Assembly: GCF_036971445.1 (NCBI RefSeq)
Contig: NC_091470.1
Location: 162,812,001-162,876,000, forward strand
DNA length: 64,000 nucleotides
Origin: Narcine bancroftii
Lineage: Eukaryota
Direction: 5' to 3'
Positions 1-12,583 of this stretch are shown in pieces. The notes beneath the pieces were generated by a model. That model worked only from the letters and a program-made list of their open reading frames with translations. It searched no databases and was not told the DNA's origin. Position numbers and translations under genes: made by a program. Each line of letters begins with the position of its first letter. The first letter of the stretch is position 1.

Positions 1-210
1 CATGAGCCCTTATCACCCAATTATACCCAATTGACCCATGATCCTGGTATGTTTTGAAGGGTGGAAGGAAACCAGAGCATCCAGGGAAAACCCAAGCAGA
101 CATGGGGAGAACATACAAACTCCTTACAGACAGCGCGGGATTCAAACCCCTTTTCCCGATTGCTCACGCTGTAATAGGATTGCGTTCACCACTAAGCTAA
201 CTGTTCTGCC
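1..210 (-). mobile_element. tRNA-derived V-domain SINE (elasmobranch HE1-like), partial
   Basis: Contains ggaaggaaaccagagcatccagggaaaacccaagcagacatggggagaacatacaaactcc, the reverse complement of the V-SINE central domain. Degenerate B-box near 138-148. Homologous to 41790-42015. Confidence 0.75.
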
Positions 211-2589
211 CTAGTGAATTTAACCAAAATAATAAACTCTTAATTTATGAATAAAACTATTTTCTCTTTAAATAAAGGTTGTTTCAATCATGTAATAAAA
301 CACAAAAATGTTTTTAATAACAATGTACCATTGGAATATGATACAACTTTTCCTTACACAGATGGAGTGTATTCCTTTTCAATGTGGAATTTAACCCCCT
401 GCCACTATAATTTCCTCCAATGTTTTTCTCCTGATTTCTGTTTCATGGGCATTACCAGTAATTTATTTTCTATGCCTACAAGCCATTCTTCATTAGGAGT
501 TGTAGGTGTTTTGTATCAGTTGGCCATTTAATTGTAGACTGCATCCAAGAAGCCCATTCTATCAGCTTAATACCCACTTTTCAGCTTGCATCATTGGTTA
601 ATAATCAGGGGCATTGTACCCTGCCTAGATCTTCTCCTTCTTCAGCCCTAGGATATTGATGGACAAATGCAAAATGAGACAGTGCCTTGTTGATAAGTTA
701 TTTGGCAGCAATCTCTCATAATGCTCTTTAAAAAGGGATGAGAAACTACATTCACTCTGTTTGCACTTTGTCCTTTGAGCTCAATCACAGATGTTCACTC
801 CTGCATTAGCTTCATCTATATTTATTTTCCTGTGATGCCACTGTCAGCAGGCCCTTCAGCAAAAGAGCAGTAATATAAAGAAGATGTGCCTGTTACCTCT
901 GAATGTTCTGAGCCCCTACCAAAACAACAGGCACCACTGGGACTGACAGTGCATGATCAGGGGCACAGATTTCACCATTAGAAAGACAGCAAACATGTCT
1001 TTAGATGACTTACTGAAAGAAAATCCTAGCAAGACCAGCAAAGTGGCGTGCTGTCTCTAGCTTGTATTGAGCTTCCCTAGTCCCCGGAGAAGATACAGCA
1101 GCCAGAAATGAAGTTAATAAGTGCTAGTTTGCCGTGCTCCTTTCTGACTGAAATCCACTCCACGATGTAACAGTACAGATTTCAGCAATAATGGGACTTT
1201 GAGGATTATTCTCAAGGGTCTCAACAAAACCAAACATACACTTTTTCAAGATCTGCCTATTTTGTCGATTCATGCCAAGTGAGACATTAAATAATTTTTA
1301 ACATGACAGCCACAGCTGTTAACTTTTCCACAACACAATTTTATTATGGATTTATTAAGTATCTGTGTCAATATCAAGCCTCCCAAACATGTCTTTAACC
1401 CATTCACAATCAATGTGACATTCCTTTTCCATGTGCCACACTCACTCTAACACCCTGATTAAGATTATTCCAGTGGATCAAACTAATGTTGAATGTGGTC
1501 ATCTTCATACCGCCTTGGAACTAGAAACAAACTGAACCAACCAATTTTACATAGGACTCTCTATGTTATCAGACAAAGGCAGATACTAAACAAGTGTGGA
1601 TTCACTGTATTTCCAAGTCCATCGTGGGTAGTACTTTAAAATATTTTATTTTTAACCTCTTTTAATATTTGAAAATATATATTCTGGACTGATCCTTGGG
1701 TTAACTACAGTACAAACACCAGCTGATGGTTGGGTATAAAACCAGTCCCAGAAAACTGGGACAGAGAGTATATGCACTTATTGGTAGTCAGGGACACAGA
1801 ATCCAAAGGGTTAAAACTCAAATGGAAACTAAGAGTGTTTTTTTATGGGGTAACAATCATACTTTGTTGTTTGGTTTAGAATGGCTAGATGATGATTAAT
1901 GAAGTGTTAAAGTGTCACGTGTACAACTAATTAACAAATTAGCGATTGGAAATATGGGGCAGGAAGTAAGAAATCTAGATTTAAGTGGGAACTGTGAGTA
2001 TAAATTACTGTTCAATTTGCTGCTATGATTGATAATTATTCAGGTAGATATGAATAAGAATTCTCAATGGTATGGCTGGTAAATTTTCCCTACCAGGTGT
2101 TGTATAGATCAGGGCATGTTGCTGTGCACTTAGCTTAATTGCATTGGATGACAATAGGAGTGTCACAAATGGGATCAATGCCCCAGACTGGCGAGGAACA
2201 CAGAACGCTTATAGTTTCTCTTCGCCATTCTAATACAGCCAGTGCAATAATCATTAGAATTTGTAGGGATTTGTGGAGTCTCACCAGTAATACCCCCACT
2301 CTCCTCTCAATCTGTCATCCAATAGCTTGATGATACACATTCAGAAATTTAAAAAAACTTTGAGTCAGCTACCTAAGATGAGGTGAAGAAAGAAGTTGGG
2401 ATCTGCAAAGAATGAACAAAGGCAGATCCAAGTGTGCATTTGGATAAGTTTCTCATTTAGGTTGGATGATGTAAGTGTGGAAGTAAGGATCTGCCTTACA
2501 ATTGAAGAAGAAGAAGGAATAACTAAAGTGAATTGGCTAAAGTTATGATGAAGACTCGAGAGACTAAATCTAAGGAATTCAGAGCAAAG

Positions 2590-3130
2590 GAAAACTGAAC
2601 TGTTGGATGAACTCAGCAGGTCAGGCAGTATCCATGGAGGGATATGGACAGTCAAATTTTGGGCAAAATTCCTGCTTCAAGATGAGGATATAAAGACACC
2701 CAACCCACCAATTTTCCCCTGCAACCGCTGCAACCGTGTCTGCCTGTCCCGCATCGGACTTGTCAGCCACAAACGAGCCTGCAGCTGACGTGGACATTTA
2801 CCCCCTCCATAATTCTTCGTCCGCGAAGCCAAGCCAAAGAAAAGAAAGGGAGGAAGAGGGGTCAGTTGGTAATAGATTGATGGAAAGGAGTGAATGATGA
2901 TGGGAAGGTGGAGACAGTGATGTTGAAGCAGACAAAGGAAAAAGGAAGGAAAAAATGAGGGGGCAGATGGAGCCAGGAGAAAGGTGGGAGAGAGAAGGAG
3001 GAGATAACTGCTGAAGGCAAGAGGTAGATAAAAGTGAAAAGGAACTCAGTAACAAAGTGGCTTGGGGCGAGTTTGGAAAGAAGGGCTTGTGCGAGAGATC
3101 CTCAGCAGATGACAGGAGAGGGAAAGCCAT
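2590..3130 (-). mobile_element. Penelope-like element terminal remnant, interrupted by an RTE fragment
   Basis: gaactcagcaggtcaggcagtatccatggaggg is the reverse complement of the terminal motif also seen at 11730, 19510, 40500 and 57750. The long purine-rich tract at 2850-3130 corresponds to the pyrimidine tract after the GIY-YIG end at 41090-41280. Confidence 0.55.
2698..2848 (+). mobile_element. RTE-clade LINE, 5'-truncated 3' end
   Basis: Encodes a C-terminal zinc finger FPCNRCNRVCLSRIGLVSHKRACS* (stop at 2788), followed by a short 3' UTR and an aaga-type repeat tail. This organisation is typical of RTE elements. Confidence 0.7.
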
Positions 3131-3797
3131 ATGGAAAAAGAAATAAACATCTGATTCTCTTCCTCTTTTAAAATTTATGCATGTGACATGTGCTCAGCTT
3201 TTCACATAGAATCCACACCTTCCTTGATTTGAAGGAATGCTTAAAAATGCCTCTGCTGACATGAATAGAAGAACATAAACTCAAACCTCCCCCTCCCCCC
3301 CCCTTTCTCCGAAAGTATGGATCCTTGCTTCATTTATATGACATTGTGTAGAATCTAGTTTTGAACTCGTCACCAAACAAATGAAAGAGGAGGCTGGGCT
3401 GAAGTGTTTTCCTGATGCAGAATGTTGAATAATGATGGTCAAAATTCATAACGGCATGTTAAAAGGAATGTGGGTAAATGTTAATATGGGGGAAAAGGCA
3501 GTAGATTGGAAGCAAGTTGAAGTTTCTTTCAGAAAGCCAATAGATGCCCTTGTCAACACTGTGAAATTCAATTGAGTTCATGGATACTGTGAGGAAGGTG
3601 TCTCATGACAGGTAGAATAGCATGATTGCCCTTATCAGGAGATTGTGAGATGGCGATAACATGAAATATCACCAAGTGGCTTTATCACTGATTTTGTGTG
3701 ATATGGAACTGAATGAATATAGTGTACTATAATACCTCTTTAGCCTAAGGCAGGAGTTGAAGCTGGGTTGCTGACAGCATTTTAGAAATGACTAAAA

Positions 3798-4169
3798 CAG
3801 TGATTCTCAACCTTTTTCTTTCCACTCACATCCCACTTTAAGTAATCCCTATGCCACCGGTGCTCTGTGATCAGTCAGGGATTATTTAAGGTGGTGTGTG
3901 AGTGGGAAGAAAAGGTTGAGAATCACTGCTCTAGACCCAATTGTTACTGAAATATTTTGCTTGAGAAAAATTGTCATTGGCCCATTTCCTTTGGAGTTAC
4001 GAAACTGCACATGACGAGTCATTTAGGTACAATTAAAACAGTGGTTTTCAAACTTTTTCTTTCCACCCACACACCACCTTAAATAATCCTAACTAATCAC
4101 AGAGCACCTATGGCATAGGGATTACTTGAGGTGGTATGTGAGTGAAAAGAAAAAGTTTGAATACCACTG
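3798..4169. mobile_element. Compound hAT/Charlie-like MITE (two hairpin units plus a 110-bp spacer)
   Basis: Unit 1 is 3798-3928 (CAGTGATTCTCAACC...GGTTGAGAATCACTG) and unit 2 is 4039-4169. Flanks gactaaaa/gactagat resemble an 8-bp TSD. Confidence 0.8.
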
Positions 4170-4849
4170 GACTAGATGAATATTTGAATTGCTTAGCTAC
4201 AGAAGGCTGTGGACCAAATGCTGGGTGATGGGATTAATACACTGACCACTCAGTTGGTGTGGATGAAATCCTCTGACTGGCCACTTTCCATTACTGTATG
4301 ATGACTTAATGACTGTAACTGTTCAACTTTAAACAATAGTGTGGAAATAAACTCTGCTATTTTTATACCATTCAAAATTGAAACAATATCATATTTAAGT
4401 TTAATAGAGGATATTCATTGAATACCCAAAGTAAACTTGCCTTAATCCAACATCAGAACTTCTTGGAGTCTTATTTGCGATATGTTAATGAGAAACTACA
4501 GCCACCACTGGAAGTTATAAAAAGGAAAGACTTCCATTTATTTTAGAGAAATTTTCAAGGCATTGCAAAACTCTTTTCAACTAATGGAAGTACTTTTGAA
4601 GTATTGAACTGAAAAACAAGTATGTAGGAATATTTTGACAAGTGTTCTCAACTCCCTTCACTTTTGTTCTACCATTGCACAGCAATGTTAGGATTTTATG
4701 GAATTCTAACAATGGCCATGTGATTTTTATTCACATATATACCATTGAACTGTAAAATAAACTAATTCCATATGCCCAGTCTGAGTGGATTAATGATGTA
4801 CTGGAAGTAACAGTAATGTCTATATTAGGAAATATGGTAATCAGAACTA

Positions 4850-5445
4850 TTAATTAAGACTATCACATATTTATTAGCAGAAACATGACAAGGACATTAT
4901 GCTAAATGTTTAAATCATTGGTTTGGCTTCATGTGAATATTCTGGTCATTACAATGAGGGAAGGAGATCAAGGTCTAAAGAAATGATCTTGTGTAAATTT
5001 ACTGGAATGGTACCAGAAGTGAAAGGCTTTAGTTACATGACAAAAATAGACACATTAAGAATTGTTCGCCATGCAGAAGGAAAAGATGTGACAAGTCATT
5101 CAAAACTATGAAATGCTTTGATAAAGAGGAAACTCCTTTCAGTGGTAGGGAAACGGAAACAACTTTAGTTGGCAAGGATATTAGCAAAAGAACCAAGCGT
5201 AATATGAGAAAAGAAAAACTCAAGTTGCAATGATATATAAAAAAAAATCCAATGCCTAAAAGTGTGGTGAAAGTGTGGATTTAATATAATTTTAAAAAGA
5301 GAATTGGATAAATACACAAAAGGAAAATATTTGGAGAGCTGCAGGAGTTGAATCGTGGAGAGAGACCTATTGGATATACCTTTCAAACAAACTACAGGCA
5401 AGTATGAGCTCAGTCACCTCCTATATTATATTGTTCTGTGATTCT
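4850..5445 (+). mobile_element. Decayed CR1 LINE 3' region
   Basis: Degenerate similarity to the CR1 copies at 36770-37262 and 47860-48490 (KFTGMVPEVKGFSY compared with RFTRLIPGMKGLAY). Confidence 0.6.
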
Positions 5446-5905
5446 ATTGCAGTGGATTGCCTGAGGCATGATCGATGAGCAGGGAGAATCCAGTTTCTAG
5501 GCCACCATTTTTTTTTGTCTGAGTCATTGGATGCAAACAAAGTTGCCACTTCCGATAGGCCTGGAACATATTTTTGAAAGGTCAGGATTGCAATTTTGAG
5601 GAAAGAGCGGGAGACTAGAGCTAACTGATGGCTATTTCAAAGACCAATGACCAAGATTGGCTGAATGGCCTGGAGTCATGCCCTAATGAGCAAATGAACC
5701 ATCCACTGTAGTTTGAATCATGTGGATCGAAGCAGATCTGGACTTGGGAACCTAATGAATTTTCAGTTCAAGAATAGGGACTAAACCTGATCTGTAACCC
5801 TCCGACAAGGTGATAAAATTAACTGGACTGCAGGTTCTGTTAGGTGTAAGTAGGCCTAAATGGATTTCAGTATGGAACTTAGTTGAGTAAAAAGTGGGAC
5901 TAAAA

Positions 5906-6545
5906 GGCCCTTTCAGGTGCACCTGAGGGTGGCGCCAGGATCACACCTTGCGGACACACCTTTCAGGTGGCAGCCCTAAAATGCGTGGCGTGGTCCACCT
6001 GAAAGGGCCTATTCATATTTAGAGGTGCCTTGTAGTGCCTCCAGATCTGATGGAGGCGAGGCCACTGATGCCACAGTGCCACCCATCATAAATATATGTG
6101 GTACCACACAGGTGGAAGCTTTCAGTGATGATGGGAAGGGAAGACCACCATTCCTATACCGCATTTTGAGTTGCAGAGAGCGGCCCCGGTGCAGGAGTGA
6201 CCAGATGAGCTGTGACAGCCTGCACCGGCCGTCCCCTGACGTCCCCCACCGGCTGCCCCTGCTCCAACGTCCCTGACGGTCACCCCTCCCAGGTGGGGCG
6301 GGGTCTGTCAGGTAGCAGGGTAATGGGGGGTGTCAGGCAGTGGGGAGTTGGATATGTAGTCATCAGCCCGCCCCCAGACAGCCACATTCAGGTGTGTTGG
6401 CGGACTGATCATCCGTCCCGGTGAGGGTTGGCATCAGGGCCTCAGAGGTGCTTCTGCTGTATTCAGGTGAGTATGTCTTTAGCCGCAGTGGGGTGGTAAG
6501 ATTATGCGGCTTGACACTGGGGTGTTCAGGCCACCTGAAAGGGCC
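5906..6545. mobile_element. Non-autonomous DNA transposon, PIF/Harbinger-like
   Basis: Perfect 14-bp TIRs GGCCCTTTCAGGTG / CACCTGAAAGGGCC, GC-rich interior with repeated TCAGGTG motifs. No clear TSD. Confidence 0.65.
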
Positions 6546-7179
6546 GACTGACTTGTTTCCCCATTGCATCCACACATTTGACACAGATAATGAGATGCTG
6601 GGCATTGCACTGCAGTTATTGTCAAGGGGCTGGAGCTAATAAGTGATAGATTTTAAGTTTTTTTTATATAAAGGAATTTAAATGCACATCACACAGGTTC
6701 CCCAGATTCACCACCCTCCTGCCTTAATGACAAAAGGCAGAACTTTGACCAGAGGAAAACAAGTGTCATATCTTTTGCTATTGCGATGCAATCTGCAGCA
6801 GAACTTGTCACCGACCTGCCGTACGGAACGACTGCGCTCGGTTCGCGAGGGGGAAAGCAGGAGACGGAGGGAAAGGCTTCAGAAACGGGCTCGGGCGGGG
6901 TCGACTGCGATCCCAGCCAGAGCCGAGGCGCGGCCGGCGAGTCCCTCACCTTGCAGGGCTGAGCCGCGACAGCGGAGGTCGCTCTAATCCTTGCAATTCC
7001 ACATTCATCAATTCCCACTCTCAACCGCTTCCATCCACTCCCTGCGCTTGCTCTGCAGCCTCTTGCATTCAAAGTGGCAATGAAAACACTACTCAGTAAA
7101 TTGGTTCATTTTCAGGGCCTCTTTCAGAATCAAATTCAGTTAAGGTGAGCAGCAAAAGGGTGTGAGGGATTATAGATGG

Positions 7180-7420
7180 AGACAGGCTCTTCTCCCTCCA
7201 GGTTTTGGAGAGACAGGGAACTTGAAGAGGACATGGGTTCAAAGATGACTTTGGGCGAACTTCAGGCAGAGAGTGTGGAATGAGCTGCCCGCTGAAGATG
7301 AGCTTAATTTTGACACTGAAAACAATTCAGAGAGGTGCATGGATGGGAGGGGTATGGGGCTAGGCAGAATAGGTCAGCACGAGCTAGATGGATCTAAGGG
7401 CCTGTTTCTATGCAGTAGTT
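7180..7420 (+). mobile_element. CR1 LINE 3' end fragment
   Basis: WNELPAE motif and the tail aagggcctgtttctatgc, as in elasmobranch CR1 3' ends. Confidence 0.55.
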
Positions 7421-7674
7421 ATTTAAAAATTAATTTAGACATATTGCACAGTAACAAAAATGCCCTCCATCACAGTGCTAATGTGTGCTCTGGATTGTTC
7501 ATCCCCCTCATCTATTCTTACTGACAATTATGATCTGGGATGCTATACCTATGGGAATATCTTAATATGGAAGTGTACAGTCTAGTTCATTAAGGGGACA
7601 TTGCAGTTGGATACAAAATAGAAACTCCAGCAAATGATTTCTGGCCATGCAATAACACCCATATGTTTTTTTTT

Positions 7675-8300
7675 CCCAGTATCTGGGCAAGACCAGCATT
7701 TATTGCCTTAATTGCCTTTGAGGAGATGGCAGGGAGCCTCTTTCTAGGAACCCTGCAGTTCTTCTGGACAAGGAACTCCCTTGCAGCTGTGGGGCAGGGG
7801 GTTCCAGCATTTAAACCAAGCAGAACTGAAGCCACAGCAATGGATTTCCAAGTCATGGTGATGTTTGACTTGGAGGGTAAACTAATATAGCGGTATTCCC
7901 ATTCACCTGCTGCTCTGGTCCTTCTTGATGATAAGAGGACTTCCCAAAAAATTTTTGATAAAAGGTTTGGGATATTTAATTGGATATTTGGTTGGTGAAT
8001 AACTAGGGTATATTTTGTATGTGGCACAATTAATTGCAACTACTGTATGCCATTGATGGAGGGGAATGAATGTTTAGGATCTTCGATAGGGTGCAAATCT
8101 AACAAGTTGGTTCTGGAGGTAACACATCTCTTGAATATTCTTTCCCCTGACAAGTGGGAAGAATTTTATCACCATCTTGATGTGACCACCAGATGGTTTG
8201 ATTCTCAGGAGCCAAGTTATTGGAGTCAGGATACCCAGTCTCTGACTTGTTCTGTGACTGCTGTATTCTTGAAGCTGCTCCAGTTGAACTTCTGATTAAT
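7675..8300 (-). mobile_element. Old CR1-type LINE 3' region
   Basis: The reverse strand reads RRTRAAGEWE... and ends in ataaatgctggtcttgcc. This tail is shared with 28720-28820 and with the SINE at 51420-51780. Confidence 0.55.
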
Positions 8301-8477
8301 GGAGACAATTTCAACAGGACCAAATGAGTAAAGTTTTCTTTGATAATCCCATTCACGTCAAGGACAATAAAAAAAAATTAAAGATTTGTTTTAAAGAGGC
8401 CCCCGTAACATGGTTTTGGGATACATTTGTACTCCATTTCCATTTCAAGTTATTTGACATCCAACATAAGTCTAGCT

Positions 8478-8601
8478 CAGTGGTTCTCAACTTTACCTTT
8501 TTTCCCCCACCTTAAGTAATCCCTTACTAACCACAGAGCACCTATGGCATAGGGATTACTTCAGGTGGTATGTGAGTCAGAAAAAAGATTGAGAACCACT
8601 G
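8478..8601. mobile_element. Monomeric hAT/Charlie-like MITE
   Basis: TIRs CAGTGGTTCTCAA / TTGAGAACCACTG, with a perfect 8-bp TSD GTCTAGCT at 8470-8477 and 8602-8609. Confidence 0.9.
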
Positions 8602-10427
8602 GTCTAGCTGAGGATCATCTGACAAAGCAGAAATTAAGGATGGAGGGACCGCAGCTGTCATAAATGTACTGGAAAAAAAGAGATGAAGAACAGGTGGAGC
8701 CCTGGTCAGTATAGTTCAGTCAAATGCTAATCAGTTTGTTTATGAAGGAGTTGTGAACTCTCTCATCGTGCCTTCATGGCACTGATTTGAATGTAAACTG
8801 AGTTGTGAGGTTTGAGACCTGATCGAATGTTGTTATAATAAATGAATACATTATACCAGTATTAAAAATGTTGGGGTAGTTCAGTGGACTATTTTAAGAT
8901 CTCAATTAATTCGCACTGGTGACGTTTACATTGCAGGTGATAAGGAACCAACTCCTCAACTCAAACATTCACATGTCAATATGGCACACCACAGTAAAAT
9001 TTATTCTTCATTAAGCAATGCTGTATTAATGCAGAAATTACATTGTCCAATGCCAGGTCAATACTAAAAGCATGTCATGACCAGTAATCGCTTCCAGAGA
9101 AATTTTATGCATGGTACGTATGTTCTGGAATTTGTATCTGCAGGCCATAACTATGATTAATTCTGCACATCCCTACTCTAAATGAGCATATGGATAGCCT
9201 TAAATTTAATGTAAATTAACCCAGAACTCCAGCAATTTCATTGTTGAGTTTCTCAGATGTGTTCAATGTGTAATTTACATGGTTGAATATCCAATATCTG
9301 TACATGTACAATATATTGTGTATTTCCATCTCTGATTACGTCTGTTCAAAGCTCAGGATTCAATTGTAGATCTGATTACAGTCACTGCAAGATGTAACAC
9401 TGTCACAACCAACTCTTTGGATATCTGCACTTTCCTTGAGATCCCAAGTGCCAATCAAGCCTATTTTTTTGCAATGCTTTCTCTTTTAATTTACTTGGAA
9501 TGCTTCAAAGGTCTTATCGGACATCTGGCCCTGATTTACCTGTACTATCTTTGTAAATCTATATGAATATCAATTATTTTTGAATACAAGCTTTTTAACG
9601 GTTCCCAATTGTTAATGTAATTTTTATTTTCTCACATGATCAATAGTTGACTTGTATTAAATCTGTGCTGTCTTAAAGTGACACCTTTATGTATGATTCT
9701 TGCTGGTGTTCCTACTGGTGCGCTATTCTGCATGTCACTTCTCAATTGCCCATACAGCTCCATGTACAACATGAAAAAACAACAGGCTCTTCACAGGAAT
9801 ATGAGTCAAAATGTTACTTTGAGCTCTAGAAATAAGTATTATGACAGGTGAATAAACATGAGGCTAAAAAACTATGTTCGTGCTTGAGGAAGGCTTGAAA
9901 AGAAAAGGAAAAGAAAGGGTGGAAATGTATAGGGGATTATGAATGGAATTCCAGACCAAAAGGAAAAATGGTTGATAGGACATTGGCTAGTGATGGGATG
10001 GGGAAATGTTGGGGGTGGATGGGGGAAGGGAGGGGGTTGCTAAGGTACACACTTGAGTCGTAACTCAGAGGAATTCTGAAACTATTATAAGGCTGCAGGA
10101 AACATGAAAATGGTTTGAAAATGAAACAATTTTATTACTGAGTGAACCAATGTAGGTAACTGGGCACAAGAGATATGGATGAACAGAACCATGTACAAAT
10201 AAGAATAAAAGGTAAAAGCTCAGTTTCACTAAGGGTGGAAGATATAAGATTACTAGCAAAGTTTTAGGTGGAAATGACTAGGTTTGGTGAAGGAGCGGCC
10301 CTTTCAACTGTTTTTTGAATAATTATTTTCTTGTTTTCTGTGACTGTTCTGGAATGACTGCATTTCACTACTGGAATTAAGATTCCCACTCCGTTTAGGG
10401 ATATTGTAATGACTTTACTGATCCAGT

Positions 10428-10430
<3 letters not shown>

Positions 10431-10477
<47 letters not shown>

Positions 10478-10490
10478 TGTGTGTGTGTGT
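10431..10490. repeat. Compound microsatellite (GA)n(GT)n
   Basis: Read directly from the sequence. Confidence 0.95.
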
Positions 10491-11580
10491 CGTTAATCAA
10501 AGAAATTTTATTTTGTCAGTGTGTGAATTACCAAAGATTTTTAAAAAAAGCATAGGAAAAGCCATTAAAAAAAAGTTGCAGCACACGTCAGATGGGTCAA
10601 GATTTGAAGTAAAAAGATGGGACAGAATTTTAATGTTCATTAATGGTGAATTAAAGTTATTGGTAACACAGTAGCAGACTCACTCCCCAGAAACCTGTTA
10701 AAGTTCATTTCCATTGACTTTGATGTAAATGGAAACCCACAGGAATTTACACCAGATGGCTGATCTACTGTCACCTGATTTAAGATCTGAGCGAAGCAAC
10801 CAGAAATTTTCTTTTTATTGTTTGAATCATTAATAGTAAACATTATAATTCAATATTTTGCTATGGTACTTGCTGTACCATTCTCAATTATTTTTCTTCC
10901 CTCCTTGTTCTCCTGATTTGTTGGCCATTATTGATTTATCAGCCCCAAAGATCAGCAAACCCTCTCTTTACATGAGATCATCACTAGTGAACTACATTTA
11001 TGGGCTCACCTAAAGTCCACAATGCAATGAGGTATTCAAGATGGCTGCATCCTTCTCCTGGGATCTCATGGATTTTCCTCATCTGGGAGGCTTAGTTATT
11101 CACTGAATAAACTCAGAGCCATCTGTGATACTTTTTAATTAGTTTTAGCATGGAAATATCTGTGCATAATCATTCCCAGTCCTCCCATTACTTTTATTCT
11201 ATGCCTTTTTCTAGACCTGTAATATCTTATTGGCAGAACCTGTGTGTCTTTGCTATTCTAGATTGAAAACTCACCCCATTACAGATGTGAATTTACCAGG
11301 TTCTACAATAATTTCACTCTCAGTTGATATTTGGTTTATCCAAGTTTCCTTGACATAATTATGCTTTCTCAGGACTTATTAATGTATCCTGCTTTTAATT
11401 GCTCTTTTTTATTCAGCTGAGGCCAAAGCCCTCAAGGTTGTAAATAGTTGAGGAGATGCCAAGTTACCTCATGAAACAACAGTTCTAGGCTTAGCTTCTT
11501 AACCCAGTAGATAACAGAAATATAGGAAAACTGAAGGAGACAAAGAGTACCACATAATTGAGAAAAAAAATGAGCTGGAG

Positions 11581-11703
11581 CAGGGGGTCCCCAAACTTTG
11601 TAGAACATCAATCCCTTCATGGAATACTTGATCCCTCATCAACCCCCCTCAGACATGGTGCTGGGAGTGGGGATAGTCCCATCAACCACTTTGGAGACCT
11701 TTG
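11581..11703. mobile_element. hAT-like MITE (second family)
   Basis: Imperfect TIRs CAGGGGGTCCCCAAA / TTTGGAGACCTTTG. Flanks agctggag/agatagag match at 6 of 8 positions. Confidence 0.55.
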
Positions 11704-11724
11704 AGATAGAGGACTGTCATGCAT

Positions 11725-11845
11725 GTTTAAGGGCTGAAGCCTGAAACATTGATTATGTATCTTTATCTTCTGTTTTTACCTGCTGAGTTGCTCCAGCATT
11801 GTGTTTTTACTTCAACCACGGTGTCTGCAGTCTTTGTGTTTTACT
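11725..11845 (+). mobile_element. Penelope-like terminal fragment
   Basis: aagggctgaagcctgaaacatt...cctgctgagttgctccagcattgtgtttttacttcaaccacggtgtctgcag, homologous to 19500-19615, 40500-40622 and 57750-57855. Confidence 0.6.
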
Positions 11846-12583
11846 TTTGTTTATAATTTCATGCCATGAAAAATCTTTGATTTTTGAAAAGCAGGGGTCG
11901 AAAGCTATGGTGCGTTTTCCTCAGATTGAGGGGCACATCATATTCCCGTGATACTTCCGTCCCGGGACTGCTGTTCCAGGTATGGATCTGCATTCATTCT
12001 CTGTGTTTCAATTTTATTCATTTATGAATAATCATTTCTTTGGACGTCAAAATCTTTGGCCATTCAGTCCCTATGATCTTTGCATGTTAAATCTCACAGT
12101 TGCAAAGTCAGATTTGTCTCGGAGAGCTGTAACCCAGAAACAAGCCCCTTGGACCCCCCCTTATTCGGAGGGGACCATCCAGCAAACCTGAACTGGGAAT
12201 GGCAACCCTTTCCAATGAAAATTCTTTCCTTTGTTTGGTCTTATGTGCCTCCATCACTTGATAACCATCCTTCAGTGTCTCTTACCACATTCCTGGATTA
12301 CATAAGGAATTTAAACAGGAAAACAGCATAAAGAAGGCACGTTTTTCTCTTCTCAATGACTCAATTTCCCATCACATTTCTCAGCCTCTCTCTCTCTCCC
12401 CCCAGAAAGTCACTGTGACCCAATATGGCCAGGCTCTGTGATGTGATTTAGCCTTCCATTATAATATTTTAACTGTGCACTTTCACTGATCTTTGTACTA
12501 ATTCTTGGTTCATGCCCTGGATTTGTTGTCTCTGATCTAAGTACCTTGTGTGCTGTAACCCGGGATTACCGGCCTCTGAGTAC

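Noticed and set aside
1300-1590. Possible WNT4 exon 3 remnants (tgtggctgt and gcctttgtc on the minus strand)
   Set aside because: The flanking codons do not match TREAAF...CGCD, and one match runs directly into a stop. These are chance matches.
3798-3928. Long hairpin that could be a pre-miRNA
   Set aside because: Fully explained as a palindromic MITE with several copies and TSDs. Sequence alone gives no evidence of processing.
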